This document shows positions 24,446-38,130 of a DNA stretch of 64,000 nucleotides, piece by piece. A program made the translations under genes and the position numbers. Origin of the DNA: Lama guanicoe. Lineage: Eukaryota. The notes beneath the pieces were generated by a model. That model had not been told where the DNA came from. It made no database searches and saw nothing but the letters and a program-made list of their open reading frames with translations. How positions within the stretch are numbered: the first letter of the stretch is position 1; the number at the start of each line of letters is the position of its first letter. The stretch lies in contig MU054212.1 of assembly GCA_013239625.1 (NCBI GenBank), positions 4,498,270 through 4,562,269 of the forward strand, in the 5' to 3' direction.

Positions 24446-26099
24446 TGAGAAGAGTGAGGGTCACTGAAGAATTAACAGGAATCAGGAGAAAATCAGTGTA
24501 AGATTATACTTGAGAAGATCATGTAGGAGAACCCTTGGTGAGGGAAAAAAAGATAATTTTCACTATTCATTGCTTGAACTCAATAAAAGAAGTGAGGGAA
24601 TGTCTGGAACTTTAGCTAATGAGATACTGGTAACTTAAGGCACTTTCAATATCATATTGAATCTAAATAAACCTAAAAGTGGTAAAGATCCTAGCTACAG
24701 TAATTATAATTCAGAATTTTAGATGCAATATTCAAAGATGGTAGAATATTGCAGAAGGATAATTAAGAAACTGGAATTTTTAAAAAGGTTTTTTGGCATT
24801 AATACACCCAAGCAGAATAACCAGAATCAACTGGATTTTATCATACTCTATACATGATTCCTTCTAAAACATATTACTATTTATTTGTCTAAAATTGAAT
24901 GTATGAGATATGGTTATTTATCTCAGTATCAAGTTAGACTGGATACTATACTATGATTTACTTACATAGCTATTGGAAATGTATTATTTATATATATGTA
25001 ATCTAAATAAATATCCTGTTTCCATGGCACCATTAAAATATATTGGTATGGCAAATAATTTAAGTGAGTATTGTAGGTGGGATTCAGCCAACAGCACTTT
25101 ACTTAAGGAATAGAAACCCATTCTGACTATCTCTAACTGAAAACTGAGGAGGGACTCTTGTAAGGACTCAATGGGCAGTATCGACCAGTTATCAATGGTA
25201 AAGAAATTCAATAGTGAAGATTACAGGAACTGAGTTTAAGCAAAGTGGCTGGAAGCAAATTCCTTTCCTTCACCATTTTCCCAAAAAGTTTATTTTTTGT
25301 TTGTTTCCACATAACTCACTTATTTAACTTGTGTTTCATGAACACTCCAAACACATAGAAGACAACAATGAAAGGTAATAGAAGTACTTGTAAAGAATGA
25401 TCTTAAAAGAAGTAGATTGCTTACATATTTTTAAAGATCAATTATGACATGATCACTGCTTCCATGATTAGTAGTAGCACTCTCAGTTTTTTAAATTAGC
25501 CAAATAGAATCTCCACTTCCCATAATGCTTTTACTTCAGCGACCAAATATACTTAAGTTGCTCTTCCTGGGGCCCATATATTTTAAGTTGAAATGTTCTT
25601 TTTTAAAAAAAAATTCTGTTGGTTGCATACAGCCTTTCTTAGATTCTGAACTACACCCAATATCTTCCTAATGCTTAAATGTAAAATTATACCTTAGCAA
25701 TATTTTTAATTAGTGGGCACATAATTTCCCAAGGGGATGTCCGAATTTGTGGATGGCACACAGTGATGTTTCTCTGCTCTTTTCCAAACTTCATTATGGC
25801 AGTATGACCTACCCACCCCAGCAACAATGAGAATTTGAAATGCTAGAGATTAAATGATCTGACTTTAGATAAATAAAACTCTGTGTGACTTTGGCAAGTC
25901 ATTTTCTGGAAAACTCATTCAAGCCACGATACCTTATCTTTAAAAGCTCTCTAGAGATATGCCGACTCCATTCCTGAAAGCCAGTTAATAAGAGCCATCA
26001 GACTACTTTAAATAATAATCTCGTATTTAAATTTGGTAACTATAGCAACTAGAAAGTTTTCTTTCTTTCTCTTCTGACAGAAACAGGCTTGTTTGTGAT

Positions 26100-27050
26100 T
26101 CATTGGTCAAATAACAATCCTAAATGTTTACGAACCTAATAACAGAGCTTTAAATCCATAAGGCAAAAATAATTGGAACTCTAAAAAGGAATAAAAAAAA
26201 ATCTACAAGTCAGAGATTTCAACTTTGTTAGCTCAATAATTTAAAAAATAATAGGCAGAAAAACACTACAGATATGGAATTCTTACCCATCATTATCAAC
26301 TAACTTGACCTAATTAACATTTAAAGAACACCCCACTCAAACAGTAGAATGTATGTCATTAGGTACATGCAAATTAACATTACGGTAAAATACCACTACA
26401 CACTTATTATAATGTCTAAAGTTAAACAGACTGATGATACCAAGTATTTGCAAGTTATGGGCCAATTAGAACTCCCACACTTCTTCATGTAAAATGTTAA
26501 CATTACTTTGGAAAATAGTTTGGCAGTTTCATTGAGTATTAAATATACACCTACGGTTCCTATCAATTTCATTGTATCATGAGAAATGAAAGTAAATGTC
26601 CATATAAAAACTTATACACAAAACTTCTTTTTTAAAATAACCAAAAACTAGGAAAGTATCAAAATGACCTTCAATGTATGAATAGGTAAGTATTTGTGGT
26701 ATAGCCACACAATGACACATTATACAGTAATAAACATGAAGGGACTATTGATACACACATAAACACGGATGAGTGTCTAAACAGGTATGCTAAGTGAAAG
26801 AAGCCATACATAAAAATTATTTATCATACGATTCCAATTTTACAAAATTTGAGAAAATGCAAATTAATCAGTAGTATCAGAAAGGAGATACGGGGGCTGG
26901 AGGGCTGGGAAGAATATATTAAAAAGAGGTATAAGGAAACTTAAGGAGGTAATGGAAGGGTTCATTAAATTGATTGTGGCAATGGTTTTATAGGTGTACA
27001 TATACATGCATTTTATCATATGTCGATTATACCTCATTAAAGTTATGAAA
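26100..27050 (+). mobile_element. Ancient L1M with large internal deletion (ORF2 endonuclease remnant joined to ORF2 C-terminus/3' UTR)
   Basis: 26100-26355: ataacaatcctaaatgtttacgaacctaataacagagc...acttgacctaattaacattt (EN region). From about 26355: gtcattaggtacatgcaaattaa...tttggaaaatagtttggcagtttc...aagtgaaagaagcca...gtcgattatacctcattaaag (3' part). Confidence 0.85.
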
Positions 27051-27099
27051 AGATAAGGAAAAGGGATTTGCATAGGATATGTAAGTAAGGCTTAAATAA

Positions 27100-27311
27100 A
27101 GTCTAGCACTTTATGGAACATTTCCAATGAGTATTATTATATTAAATGTTTGAAATACCCTGATCAAATGTCTGTTTTACTTTGTTTAAACTAGCATTTC
27201 TCAAGTGCATTTTATATTGGGATCATTTACCTGACATTTTTCCTTTTCACATATACCTACAATTATCCTCAAGTACTAGTATTTCACAGATTTTGCTTTA
27301 GAAAACACTGG
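27100..27311. mobile_element. Possible old hAT-Charlie-type MITE remnant
   Basis: tttactttgtttaaactagcatttctcaag...tagtatttcacagattttgctttagaaaacactgg resembles Charlie-family ends. Confidence 0.4.
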
Positions 27312-27647
27312 TCTTGAACTGTAAGCTATAGAACAATGTCTGTATTTAATATTAAACTGCAGGAGTGAGTAATGGGAGGATTTTGAATATGGTGAGAAAA
27401 ATCTGGAGGTGAGAAGGTAGGATAATATACCTTCCTATTTAAATTTCATTAATGAATCCTCACCCTTTTAATGTAAGATCAGAGGCTCTTTTTGACTAAA
27501 ACTTCCTTGTTTACAACAAAACACCAAATGTGATTTTACTTATTATGTTTATACTTGTGTAGTTTACACTGTATTATGTTTCACTTGTGTTTTTATTTGT
27601 TGTTTTCCTCCTGGATGGGTCATTAGTTGGAAGTGTGGTTCATATTA

Positions 27648-28098
27648 TGCTTTTGGCTGGGTTTTCTACGCTCACACCGAGATAAAGAATTAGCTACATG
27701 CCTTTTACTGAGGAAATGCTCCCAGGAGAAATCTATATGAGAATGGGGAAAGCAGGACATAAAATGGGAAGTTGTCAAAAGGTGAGGTTTCGGGCAAAGT
27801 CCTATTCTCAGCCAGATTCCTCAGAGAAGCTCTGGAGTGAAGATCAAGCCTTACAATTTGTCCCCGTCAAGGGAGCTGGAATTTCATAATTCCACACCAG
27901 TCAGGCATTGGCAAAGAGCTATCCTGGAGGGACATAAATTTCTGGGCACCTGCTGCTCCCTGTGCATGTGGGCAAAGCACCATTGACAGCGCAGGGACAT
28001 TCTGCCAAAGAAAGTTGAAGGTGTAGGCTGAAGGAAGCCAAGCACACAGAAGTTGGAGGGCTAGGAATCCGGCCTGAGTACTAACAGTGTCCACTACA
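27648..28098 (-). mobile_element. LTR16-like ERVL solo LTR
   Basis: ggctgggttttct...gagataaagaattagctacatg...ctcccaggagaa...aagctctggagtg...caccagtcaggcattggc...taacagtgtccactaca follows the LTR16 reverse-strand layout. Confidence 0.75.
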
Positions 28099-28553
28099 CC
28101 TGGTCTTTATAATTACTTGGGGCCAGTCAGGAGTCAGCGGAGTACCAGGGGCATTTCGTTGGTTTTGCTGTCAAGCACACACCATCCATTTAAAAGACTT
28201 ACATCACGGCTTCCATTTTCCTGTGTGCTCCTGAGAAGAAGGATGAAAAAAGGAAAAGGCCCCTCAAATCTGTTTTTCCATTTAGAACAAGCAAGTTCTA
28301 AGAGGAATTTGTATGTATATAACTGTTACGTATAATGCCAAATCTTTGCAATTTATGCCTATTTTCTTACTTGCTTAGTATGTATAAAGGTTAAGTTAAC
28401 AATTTGCTCATATTACAGTAACTTCACTTCTAGAGTAACCAGGAATTCCATAATAGAGAACTTTTTGCAATTGATTATTTTTGGAAGACTTCCTACAGGG
28501 AGGAGGATGGAGTTGAGGAAATTTTTTTAAAAAATCCCTTGAATTCTTTATAG

Positions 28554-28738
28554 CAGTGTTATTTTAGATTATTATCCCAGGGTCACCGACATCAAAATTG
28601 CTTGGGGAATTGCTGAAATCCCATGAGTCCTAGCCTACAATTCCTGATTCAAATTTCTAATGGTAAGATCCTGAATATATCTTTTTCAGAAGATCCCCAG
28701 ATGATCCTTGTGCGCACTCAAGAGTAAGAACATCTGGT
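28554..28738. mobile_element. MER5-like hAT-Charlie MITE
   Basis: cagtgttatttt...catcaaaattgcttggggaattg...ttcctgattcaaatttct...tccccagatgatccttgtgcgcactcaagagtaagaacatctgg. Confidence 0.75.
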
Positions 28739-29264
28739 GTAAGTGTTATAACCAGGTGTTACTGTTTTTAGAAATGGGGACTTCTTGGAAGAGATTTGCC
28801 GGAGGTGCAGGAGTTCAGAAGTAAGGCTCTGAACTATTACTTCTCGTCTTATGTTTTGCAGTGGCTGCCTAGGTACTTCCCTACTTTTAGCACTGCTTCT
28901 GCTCCAATCTGACAAACCACTCTTCTTAAGTCATAACTGTAAACGTGCTTTACTTTTCCCCTAAATCCTGATCCCAGTGCTTACAAAATCTAGGTCAAAT
29001 GCCTTAACAGGATCCTCAAGGACTTTCAAATATGGCTCCCATATGTATTTTCAGTTTATCTTTCTATGCATTCCTTGGAATTCGCCCAAGTTGATCTGCT
29101 CAAACCCACTCAGATAATGAAGGAAATTACATGATATAAAAGTGAAAAGATAAGCTTCTGTAATAACATTGTTAAGGATACTCTCTGCCAATTGAGCAGT
29201 AGCTTGTGGTTACTGACAACACTTTGAATGTTAAAATGTCTTCATGATCAAATCTCCTTTTCAG

Positions 29265-29493
29265 GGTGAGGAATAAATTAGAGTTTGGGATTAACATATA
29301 CACACTACTATATATAAAATAAGTAAACCACAAGGGCCACTGTATATTCCGTTTCTTGAAATAAACTATAATGGAAACGAATCTGACAGTATATGTATAT
29401 ATATGTATGTATGTATGTATATGTATAAATGAGTTGCTTTGCTGTACAACTGAAACTAGCATTGTACACCAAATACACTTCAAGAAAAAAAAA
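29265..29493 (+). mobile_element. 5'-truncated cetartiodactyl L1 3' end with TSD
   Basis: ataaattagagtttgggattaacatatacacactactatatataaaata...ctttgctgtacaactgaaact...poly-A; degenerate TSD aaatctccttttcag / aaatctctttccag. Confidence 0.9.
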
Positions 29494-30622
29494 ATCTCTT
29501 TCCAGCAGAATACTGGGAGGCCTCCCCTCTCCTCATTCCTATGTCTTCACCTCCAGGTATTAAAAAAATAAAAATAAAATAAAATAAAAAGTTAAAATGA
29601 ATAGGAAAATCTAATCCATTGTGAAAATTCCACATTAAAGGTCTACACTAGTACTAATCAAATGAGCAATCCTTGATCGTTTATGTGCCTGATTGAGACA
29701 TTTGCCAATTGAGGTTTTTGTAGAGTAAGTCAGGCAGCGTTGTACTGTCACATTTATTTATTTTTGGTTACTGGGGAAATTTTTGAAACACTAAACTCTG
29801 AAAGGATCTTGTATACTACTACCAAACCATTAGCCCCCAGGCTATATTTAAAGATGAGGCAAGAATAGCTTTATACCTGTAAGGGAAGGTCAGGCCACGT
29901 TTCCTCCTCATTTGTCACGGGGTGAGAATGGTTTACCAGCAAAAACCTTATAGAACCAGCTGGTTGCCTTAGAAGTAGACAGTCTTTCTTCCTCTTTCTT
30001 TTTTTCTCATCCTTTGCTAGGATGCTGAAGCCAAACACTAAATGAAAACACATTCACTATCTGTTAAATGTGCTTTAAATTAACTATTTTAGATTAGGTT
30101 TGCAATCAGTTCACTTCTAAGGATTTTGATGTTAATGTGTTTTCAAAGCGATTGGGATTGTCCCTGATAGAGTAAATCTGCTATCAGTTTGAAACCCTAA
30201 GAAAGTTGATGTAATATTGTAAAATCCTGAGACATTTCGTTGATTGCTGCCAGAATGGCCATCATTGGCTATTTTGGGATTCGTCTAGGGAAAGGCAAAG
30301 ATTAAAGACATTTAGTTTTTGTTTTAACTTCAGTTCCCTAATAAGGAAAGATTTTCTGAGCAAGAAGGTCCATAAAACTGCTTGATGCCATGTGTCCAAA
30401 TGTGAGATGGAATAAAAAGGTAATAAAAAGTATCTTTATGATTTCTAATCCTTCTTTCACCTTCGCAGTCACTTTGAATATACATATTTTGTAATTTTTA
30501 TATAAAATTGCTGGGAATCTAAAGCTACACGCTGTTGTGTGTGCTGCCTCTCACTCCTTTGGATATTTTTCTTGTGTGATTTTAACTTTTTTCTTTTGAG
30601 TTAATTTTTAGTTCCCTTAGGA

Positions 30623-30976
30623 TTCTTTTCTTCTTCTTCTTCTCCTTCTCCTTCTCCTTCTTCTCCTTCTTCTTCCTCTTCTTCCTCTTCTTCCTCTTCC
30701 TCCTCTTCCTCCTTTTTCTCTTCCTCTTCCTCTTCCTCTTCTTCTTCTTCTCCTTCTCCTCCTCCTTCTTCTCCTTCTTCTTCCTTCTTCTTCTTCTTCT
30801 TCTTCTTCTTCTTCTTCTTCTTCTTCTTCTTCTTCTTCTTCTTCCTTTTTTTTTTTCTTCTTCTTCTTCTTCTTCTTTTTCTTCTTCTTCTTTTCACTTC
30901 TTCTTCTCCTTCTCCTTCTCCTTCTCCTTCTCCTTCTCCTTCCTTCTTCTTCTTCTTCTTCCTTCTTTTTTTTTTT
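30623..30976. repeat. 354-bp polypyrimidine (TTC/CTC/TCC)n compound microsatellite
   Basis: All C/T except one A at 30896; includes about 20 perfect CTT units at 30784-30843. Confidence 0.98.
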
Positions 30977-31374
30977 GTTACAGAGTGAATTTTTTTTTCC
31001 AAATTCTTGTGATAAGCCAGGGTTTTCACTAACCTACAATCTGTTTAAAACATAAATTATCATTTTAGGATATTAGTTCCATGCCGTTGTGTTAATCTGA
31101 AACTGATTCCTGTGTCTGGCATGAGTTCGGTTTTGTTAAATTTCTTTTCCCCACGTGGAGTCTGGGGCAGAGACAAGGTCCCAGAGAGAGAGAGAAAGGA
31201 ATTATTATTATTGTTGTTGTTGTTGTTATTTTAGGGAGAGACCTCCTTCTTGGATCTCAGCTTTAAGTTTCTCCGTCAAGCTCAGATCAAAGTTCACACA
31301 TCCTCTTCCCAACTGGGAATCGCAGATTCTTACAGAATCTTCAAGCCCACATCTAGGTCTACAATGAACTTTAT

Positions 31375-32000
31375 AAAGCATGATGATCATCTTACTACAC
31401 AGCTTTAAACCTGTGTTGAAATAGTTTTAATCAGCTTCCTGTTACTCCTCAGGTAAAGCTAAACATTTTTCACCTTTGCTTATGAGTACTTGCCAGGTCT
31501 TGCTTCTCCTTCCCTCTCCTTCCTGACCCTTCACCTTTCACCTTCACACTCTGCATCCCACATGTACTTGTCCTCTGCTAGTTTCTTGACTATGTCATGC
31601 TCTCTGTTCTGGGTCTTTAAATAGCTGTTTCTACTTCATAGATCATTCCTTTTGCCTTCCAACCCTTAGGTTACTTTTAACTCCTTATTAATCTCCAACA
31701 CTTCTTCTTTCTTTTTTTTTTTTTTGACCCTCCCTAGTATGCCAGTTCCTGTCACATGGAGTTTTCATAACCCATATGCTTCTTTATCTTAAAACTTATC
31801 AGTTATCACTGCAATATCTTATTTAATTGTTAATCTTTTGTGCTAAACTGTAAAACCCACAAGGGCAGTTACAGCATCTACCATGTTTACTACTGTATTA
31901 CTCAACACCGAGCCAACTTTCTATCCTTAGTAAATATTCAGTTACTATTTGTTTTGTGAAAGAAATACAATGTACACATTAAATAAATGAATAAATAATG
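31375..32000 (+). mobile_element. L2 3' region
   Basis: cagcttcctgttactcctcaggtaaagctaaac...ctaaactgtaaaacccacaagggcag...tagtaaatattcag...aaatgaataaat. Confidence 0.75.
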
Positions 32001-34199
32001 ACTTTAATTTGAAAAATTTGTTTTTGGTTGTCACATCGTAAAAAACTTGACTCTACTTAACACTCAACTAACTAAAACCCCAGTCTGATTTTATATAAAC
32101 AGTTGCCTGCCTTATCCTCTACATGAAATACGTTAAAGAACTTACATGGCTAGCTCCTGCATATGTAGGAATATATTATTTACAGCTTTCTGGTGTTCAT
32201 TCAATTCTCAGCACTTTGAATAAAATGATTGGTATTTGTGGTTAGAATTGATGTCATATAGATTCTCAGCAATCCTTTAGCACTCAATCTACCATGTTCT
32301 TGGTCCAACTCTGGACTGATCTTGTGCCCAGATTCTACCAATGCACTTTATTTTGATCATAGCAATAGAGCAACTGAAATCATGCTAATGTTTCACGGCA
32401 CCAAGGTTAATCTTTAACAATAATCTATGCATGTGGGCAAGAGAAGTGGGCCCTCTTACTGGGAAAAACTGACATAAATGCTCCCTGAAAAGAGTTAGAG
32501 CCATCCTCGGTGGAGGATGTGAGGAGGCAGGTACTGCATACATGATCCCCAGCTGCTACTGGCATATCACCGCAGGGAGAAATTCTGAAATGAGATAACA
32601 GAGGCAGTCTTCATGCTGCCTTACCAGTGGGGATCTGTAGAGGAGCTGTCAGGAACACTTGACCTGAGGTTCTGGGAAGAATGCAAGCAAATAAACATCC
32701 ATGTACATCTGCTTACATTTATTTTTGGGGTGACATAATGGTCCTCTTCCTTTTACTCAATTTTTCTGCTATATATATTACAGTATAAAAAATATACTGT
32801 AAATATAAATACAAAACTTAAGTATTTTTTATCAAAGCTCTCAATAGCAGATTGGGATTCTCTCATATGAAGAGAATTTTTTTTTATTTTTCAGAGTCCT
32901 GTTGTCTATGTCCATATTGAAAGAAGCCATGCCCTAGCAAAGCCATTCTATGTATGTACTGCGTAGGAGCTTTCAAGTTTTCTACTGGAAAAAAAAAACC
33001 CAAAAAACACAAAAACCAAACTGTGGCTGAGTCCTGTCCTAAAAGAATTGAGAATCAAAATAGCAGCAAGCTTATAACTTTTCTGTTCCTCAAACCTGTT
33101 CAGAGTAAATATATTATTGACTTTAGGATTTTAAATTCCATTCAGCTATAACCTTGTGTTATAAAACAAGAGACAGCAATTTGATTGCAGTTTTGTCATG
33201 TTCTTCTGTCTCCATATGTTACTTGCAAGCTGTATTTAGAAAATATTTTTTTTTAATAATGGATTCAATTTTTTTAATAATGGACATTCAATGCTTGAAT
33301 TCCAACAAAATTTAGAGTAGTATCAGGCAGAAAGCTAGACCTATGAGTATGGTGATATATCCAGTTAGGAAACTGAGACATGATTCTTCTAACATCCCTA
33401 AAGGACCTATCAGGTTAAATTTCTCTGTGGAAATTCTCTGACCACAAAATCCAGGCTGATGTCTTATGGGATATGTGTTGACTTGTTTTTACATACAATA
33501 GTATACATTTTATGTTGTATTCTCCATTCATTCTGTAGAGAGTGCCAGAATAAATTTGAAGTGCTTTTTGTATTATCTGAATCCAACTGTTTTCTAAACA
33601 TTGTGAAAACTGTTTTTAATTTAGTAAACAAGTACAATTACATTGTAAACTTCAAAGTGAAAGGGGCAGTAATAGAATAGTAAATCGATGTTAGACTAAT
33701 TTAACAAATGGAACTTAGAGATCAACCCTAGAGTTTAGACTCAGTCTGTGTGTGTGTTTGCCTGTGTGTGTGTCTTTGATTGTCAAGGTTGGTAAAATTA
33801 AAGCAAATTTTTATCCTCTTTCTTTTTTTAAAGCTAATTTCCACTGGAATTAATTTTTGGAAGTATCAGATACCAAGGCTGAGATGAGAATAGTTTGGAG
33901 TTTGTCTGGAATTAGCTAAATTGATGATTGGTGAATATGCTAGATACAAATGTTTTGTTTTGGAGAACCCTTTCATTAATTTCATTACCACTCGAGCAAC
34001 TTCAAGGAGCTCACAGAGCTAACATACAGTATGATTATGGCTCCAGTAGTGTTTTTATTAGTGATATCAAATACATTAGAAGAAGATCTGGCCATCTTAT
34101 GGTACTTTCTTGCAAATCCTTGAGTTTAGACACAAAAGTCTGACAGTTGACTGGGGAAGAAAGATGGCTTCCTTCTGAATTTTGTGACTTTTCCAAAGT

Positions 34200-34432
34200 G
34201 TTTAGAAGCACATGCTCTGGAGGTGGCCTTCAGCTACTTACTAACTTACCATACTTTTGCCATGACTTAACTTTTGTTGTGTTCAGTTACTTCTTTCGTA
34301 GAATGAGGATATTAAGAGTGTCCACTTCATTGATTACTATGAAGATTAATTTATAAATGTACATACAGCCCTTTGCACAGGGCCTGGCAAAATAAACGTT
34401 GACTCAAAGTCGATACTGTTAGTTTTGTCATT
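34200..34432 (+). mobile_element. MIR
   Basis: cagctacttactaac...tgacttaac...tcagttacttctttcgtagaatgaggata...gaagattaa...ttgcacagggcctggca. Confidence 0.75.
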
Positions 34433-37019
34433 ACTTAGCCAAAATATTATAATGACACGCTTCTCACAGAAATTAGAACTTCCCACACTACATTTTCCTT
34501 ATACTTTATGTAATAATTATTTTGCAGTGGCTAAAAGACTTGAATTTCATGAATGTGAAATAACATCATAATATTTTCATTTTTACATAGATGCCACTTC
34601 TCAGACCTTTTCCATTGCGGAACTCTACAACTTTACCCCATCAGGATTGTTTTATTGATGGTTATAAACCTGTCCTTATTTCCCTGTCAAAGAATTAGAC
34701 AGCAGTGGTGAATTTCTGGGGCCTGAAATCATCCTAGATTCCTTCTTTAATAGTATTTGGACACTGTTTAAAGTTGTACTTCAATTTTATAGAAAAAAGT
34801 CCAACATAGAGTTTTTCTCATTGGATTTTAAAGTAACATTTGCAAAGTAAAAGAGTAAATAAAATTCTCTCTGATTCTTTATCAAGGAGTCTGAAATTCT
34901 GTATTGATTTTGCCACAAGTGAGATTCATGGCCTGTGATGATGAATTGATTTGGGGGCTGTCCATGCTGCAACATCTTTGCACATATCCAGTTTTACTGA
35001 CAACAACGCTGCTCTGGAGATCCTGAGAACTACGGTCTCTGATTTGAGGATTTTCCTCCCCTGTCATCTCAAATGTCATTTCAGAATCATTCATCATACG
35101 TCTCTGTCACTGAACTAATAATGGACCACTGTGATATTCACCCAAGTATACACAGCTTCACTGCTTGTGTGACAGGTCCCGCTGTCGGCTACTTGAGATC
35201 ATGGAGGAATTCGTGCACATCAAATATAAAATAGAGAAGACACGTGACTGCGGCTGACATGGCAGTGCGCGTGCTCCCTGAGGCTGCTGGTGAAGTGAAG
35301 GGGTGATATAAAAACAAGAGAGCCCCTAGAACTGTGACGGTATTTTTAGGAAACCACCTTTTTTCCTCTAGCAGTTTGCTACTGTGGGAAAAAGACTTTC
35401 TTAGCGTAGGTCCTACCCTAAGACTTCATCTTTTGGTTCTTTAGAATCACCATGTGCACTAAGACAATAGTTGCATGAAACAATGAGGGGCTTTTCTTCT
35501 CTGCATATTTCTGGTCTTGAATGGGAGGGAAAGAATCAGGAATCCACATTATGCTAAATAATTTTATTCCATTGAGCCATTCTTGGAGGCTTTTTTAAAT
35601 TGTTAAGCTGTCTTTGTTGCAAATACCCCCAAAAGTGGCTTATATCATTTGAGCTGTAATAGCTGGAGCAATTAGTATGCAAACAGTTTTGACTTGGGAG
35701 TCGTAACTGCCCTGGGAATTCAAGAATACGTTTTAAGGGTTTATCAGGCGAGCTTGTATTTGCTGCATTTTCTGCAAACCATCTGATGGCTTTCAGCACC
35801 ACATATACCTGTTATTTCCCACTTCCATGATGCAACAGAGCTACCCCGAATCATGTTTCTATCACCAGCCCTCCCAGACTGTCTTATTACACGTATAGTC
35901 ACATGACGTGAACCTTCTAGTTAATATTTGGGATAAACGTATTGCTCAGGGGAATAAGGTTATGAGGATAGAAATTAATGTGGTTTTGCTAACTTCATAC
36001 AGTATTTTGTGTCATCCTTTTCCATCTGAGCCTTGTAAGTTTAATGTAAGGACATTCTTAGCTGCTGCTACTATTGGTTCCTTCCTTGCCCACCTGCTCT
36101 TCAGGCAGGATGGCTTTTACTTTGGAAACAGAATCTGTTTTGTCAATACTAACCATTCTGCAATCTTTCTCTTTTTGCCTTACAAATGATCAGTCTCTTA
36201 ATGTAATCTCAATGTACTATCAGGGATTTATTTAAGAATTGAGAGTTACAGCCAGAACTCTTCCTATAAACTTTTAATTTGATTATGAAGTAATTTTCTT
36301 GTTTGTTTGTTTAAGCAAATAGTGGATTTATTGACTATTTTAAATATAAGTAAATTGTTATTTTAGAAAGATTTTTCCAAGTATTATTTAAAGGCTATAT
36401 TTCTATCTCTGAGGAAAATAACTCATGAAGGTATAAGCAATAAAGACAACACTGTATAAAGTTAATCAATCAACAAATCAAAATCTAAGTGCTTATCATG
36501 TGCCTTTCATGGTAGAAATGAACAATGAACTGTCCACAGTTCTTGATAGGATCTTGAACTGTACTGTACCAATGCTGATCAGTTTAGATTATTCATCACT
36601 AATAGACTGCTCAGTTTGTTCTTTTAAGTAACTCAATAAAAATTAGTTTTACTCTCTCAACGACTTAATGGTGTTTTTGAGAAGACGTTGAATAAGACTC
36701 TTGAAGAATCCATGGTTCCTGTTTTGATTTTTTTCCTTCTACTTTAAAAGCAGACTAGCTGTGCCATTTTATTTGTGTCAAGTAGTTTAGGCTTCCTGTT
36801 TCCATTTCCTTCAGCTACTAATGCTGTCTCTCGCCAGTGCTGTTCAGCGGGCCCAAGGGAGCCAGGTGTCAGTTCTTCCAGATGGCAAGCTGCCAGTCTA
36901 CAGTACGCTGCTGAAAGTCACTGAGGGAATTCATTTCATTGCAAAACCGAAGAACATCATTTCATGCACACCTTGTGTACATGATCAGCTCACAACAGCT
37001 GATGAAGTAGCCAAGAAAA

Positions 37020-37072
37020 AGAGACAGATGGAGAGAGACAGACAGAGACAGAGAGAAAGAGAGAGACAGAGA
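37020..37072. repeat. (GA/GACA)n microsatellite
   Basis: gagagagacagacagagacagagagaaagagagagacagaga. Confidence 0.8.
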
Positions 37073-38130
37073 TGCTGGTTTAGTAAATTTAGCCCTTTTT
37101 CTAGGCTATTACACAGTGACATATTTCATTTTGTGAACAGAAAGTTTTTAGACATTATTGCCAATTTACATGAACTTCTCTGCTAATAATGGGAACAAAA
37201 TTTTCAATTTGCCCTAATTAAAATACTAGTTTTGGGGAATGAGTTTTTCCCCTTCATACTTAAACAGAACATTAAAAAAAAGTTAAATCACTTTAAATGG
37301 TCTTTAAATTGCATTCTCTCTATCAGAACTGTTCACTCTTTTTGCCTGAGGAAAAAAAAAAACCCTCATTGCATGGAATATAATTTCACAGTGGAGTAGA
37401 AAGTGGTTTTCCTTTAATAAATATTTTGGCCATTACAGAATTAATATTTAAATGGGAAGCCTCATGAGTTCTACCAATAGGGAATGCTGAATGCAAACTG
37501 TGTTATTTTTTAATAGTCATGTAGATGGAAACCTGACGCATGGGGAGCTTTATGACCTAAAATATTCCAGGAGTTGAATAGATACATCTGCACTTAGAAA
37601 GTTTAAATGCAAAGGGCTGTAAGTCAAAGGACGCAGCAAAATATACTACAGATTATGAAGCCAAGAGACAGGTATCCTAGTTCTTACTCCACTAGTTACC
37701 AGGGGTCTTGGGCAGCTTCTCTGGGTTTGATCTGTCAAAGAAGCAGTTTGGTTTGGTTCTTTATGTCTTCCTTCTCTCAGGGGATATTCGGTTAAACTAC
37801 AGATCAAACACTCTTCTGAGCAAGGGTTACTCTGTGATAGTTTGTTATTATAATGCACCTTCACTTTATAATATATAACAACGATTTTTTTTTTGGAGGA
37901 GGAATTCAGAAATGTAGTATTTTTCTGATGGCTTGATTTCTTACTGAGAAGCATCAATGTTTGTGAATACTGAATAAGCACAGTGAGATGCCAGCCTCTG
38001 AGAGCTCACACTATGATTATTTTGTCCTTACATTTTTTCAGCACCTTTGAATGTCATTAATCAAGTAATTAATACATTTTATTCATTTAAAAATTAAAGG
38101 AATAAATAACTATTATACTGAATAGAAGTT

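Noticed and set aside
30601..31029. 142-aa K/E/R-rich ORF on the minus strand
   Set aside because: It is simply the translation of the GAA-type microsatellite, which cannot contain stop codons; non-ATG start and no coding evidence.
32778..32802. 10-bp hairpin ttacagtata-aaaaa-tatactgtaa
   Set aside because: Short AT-rich inverted repeat expected by chance; too small for a pre-miRNA.
36815..37186. 121-aa plus-strand ORF after a good splice acceptor (ccatttccttcag)
   Set aside because: Runs through a GA microsatellite, has no convincing donor site, and the peptide is not recognisable.
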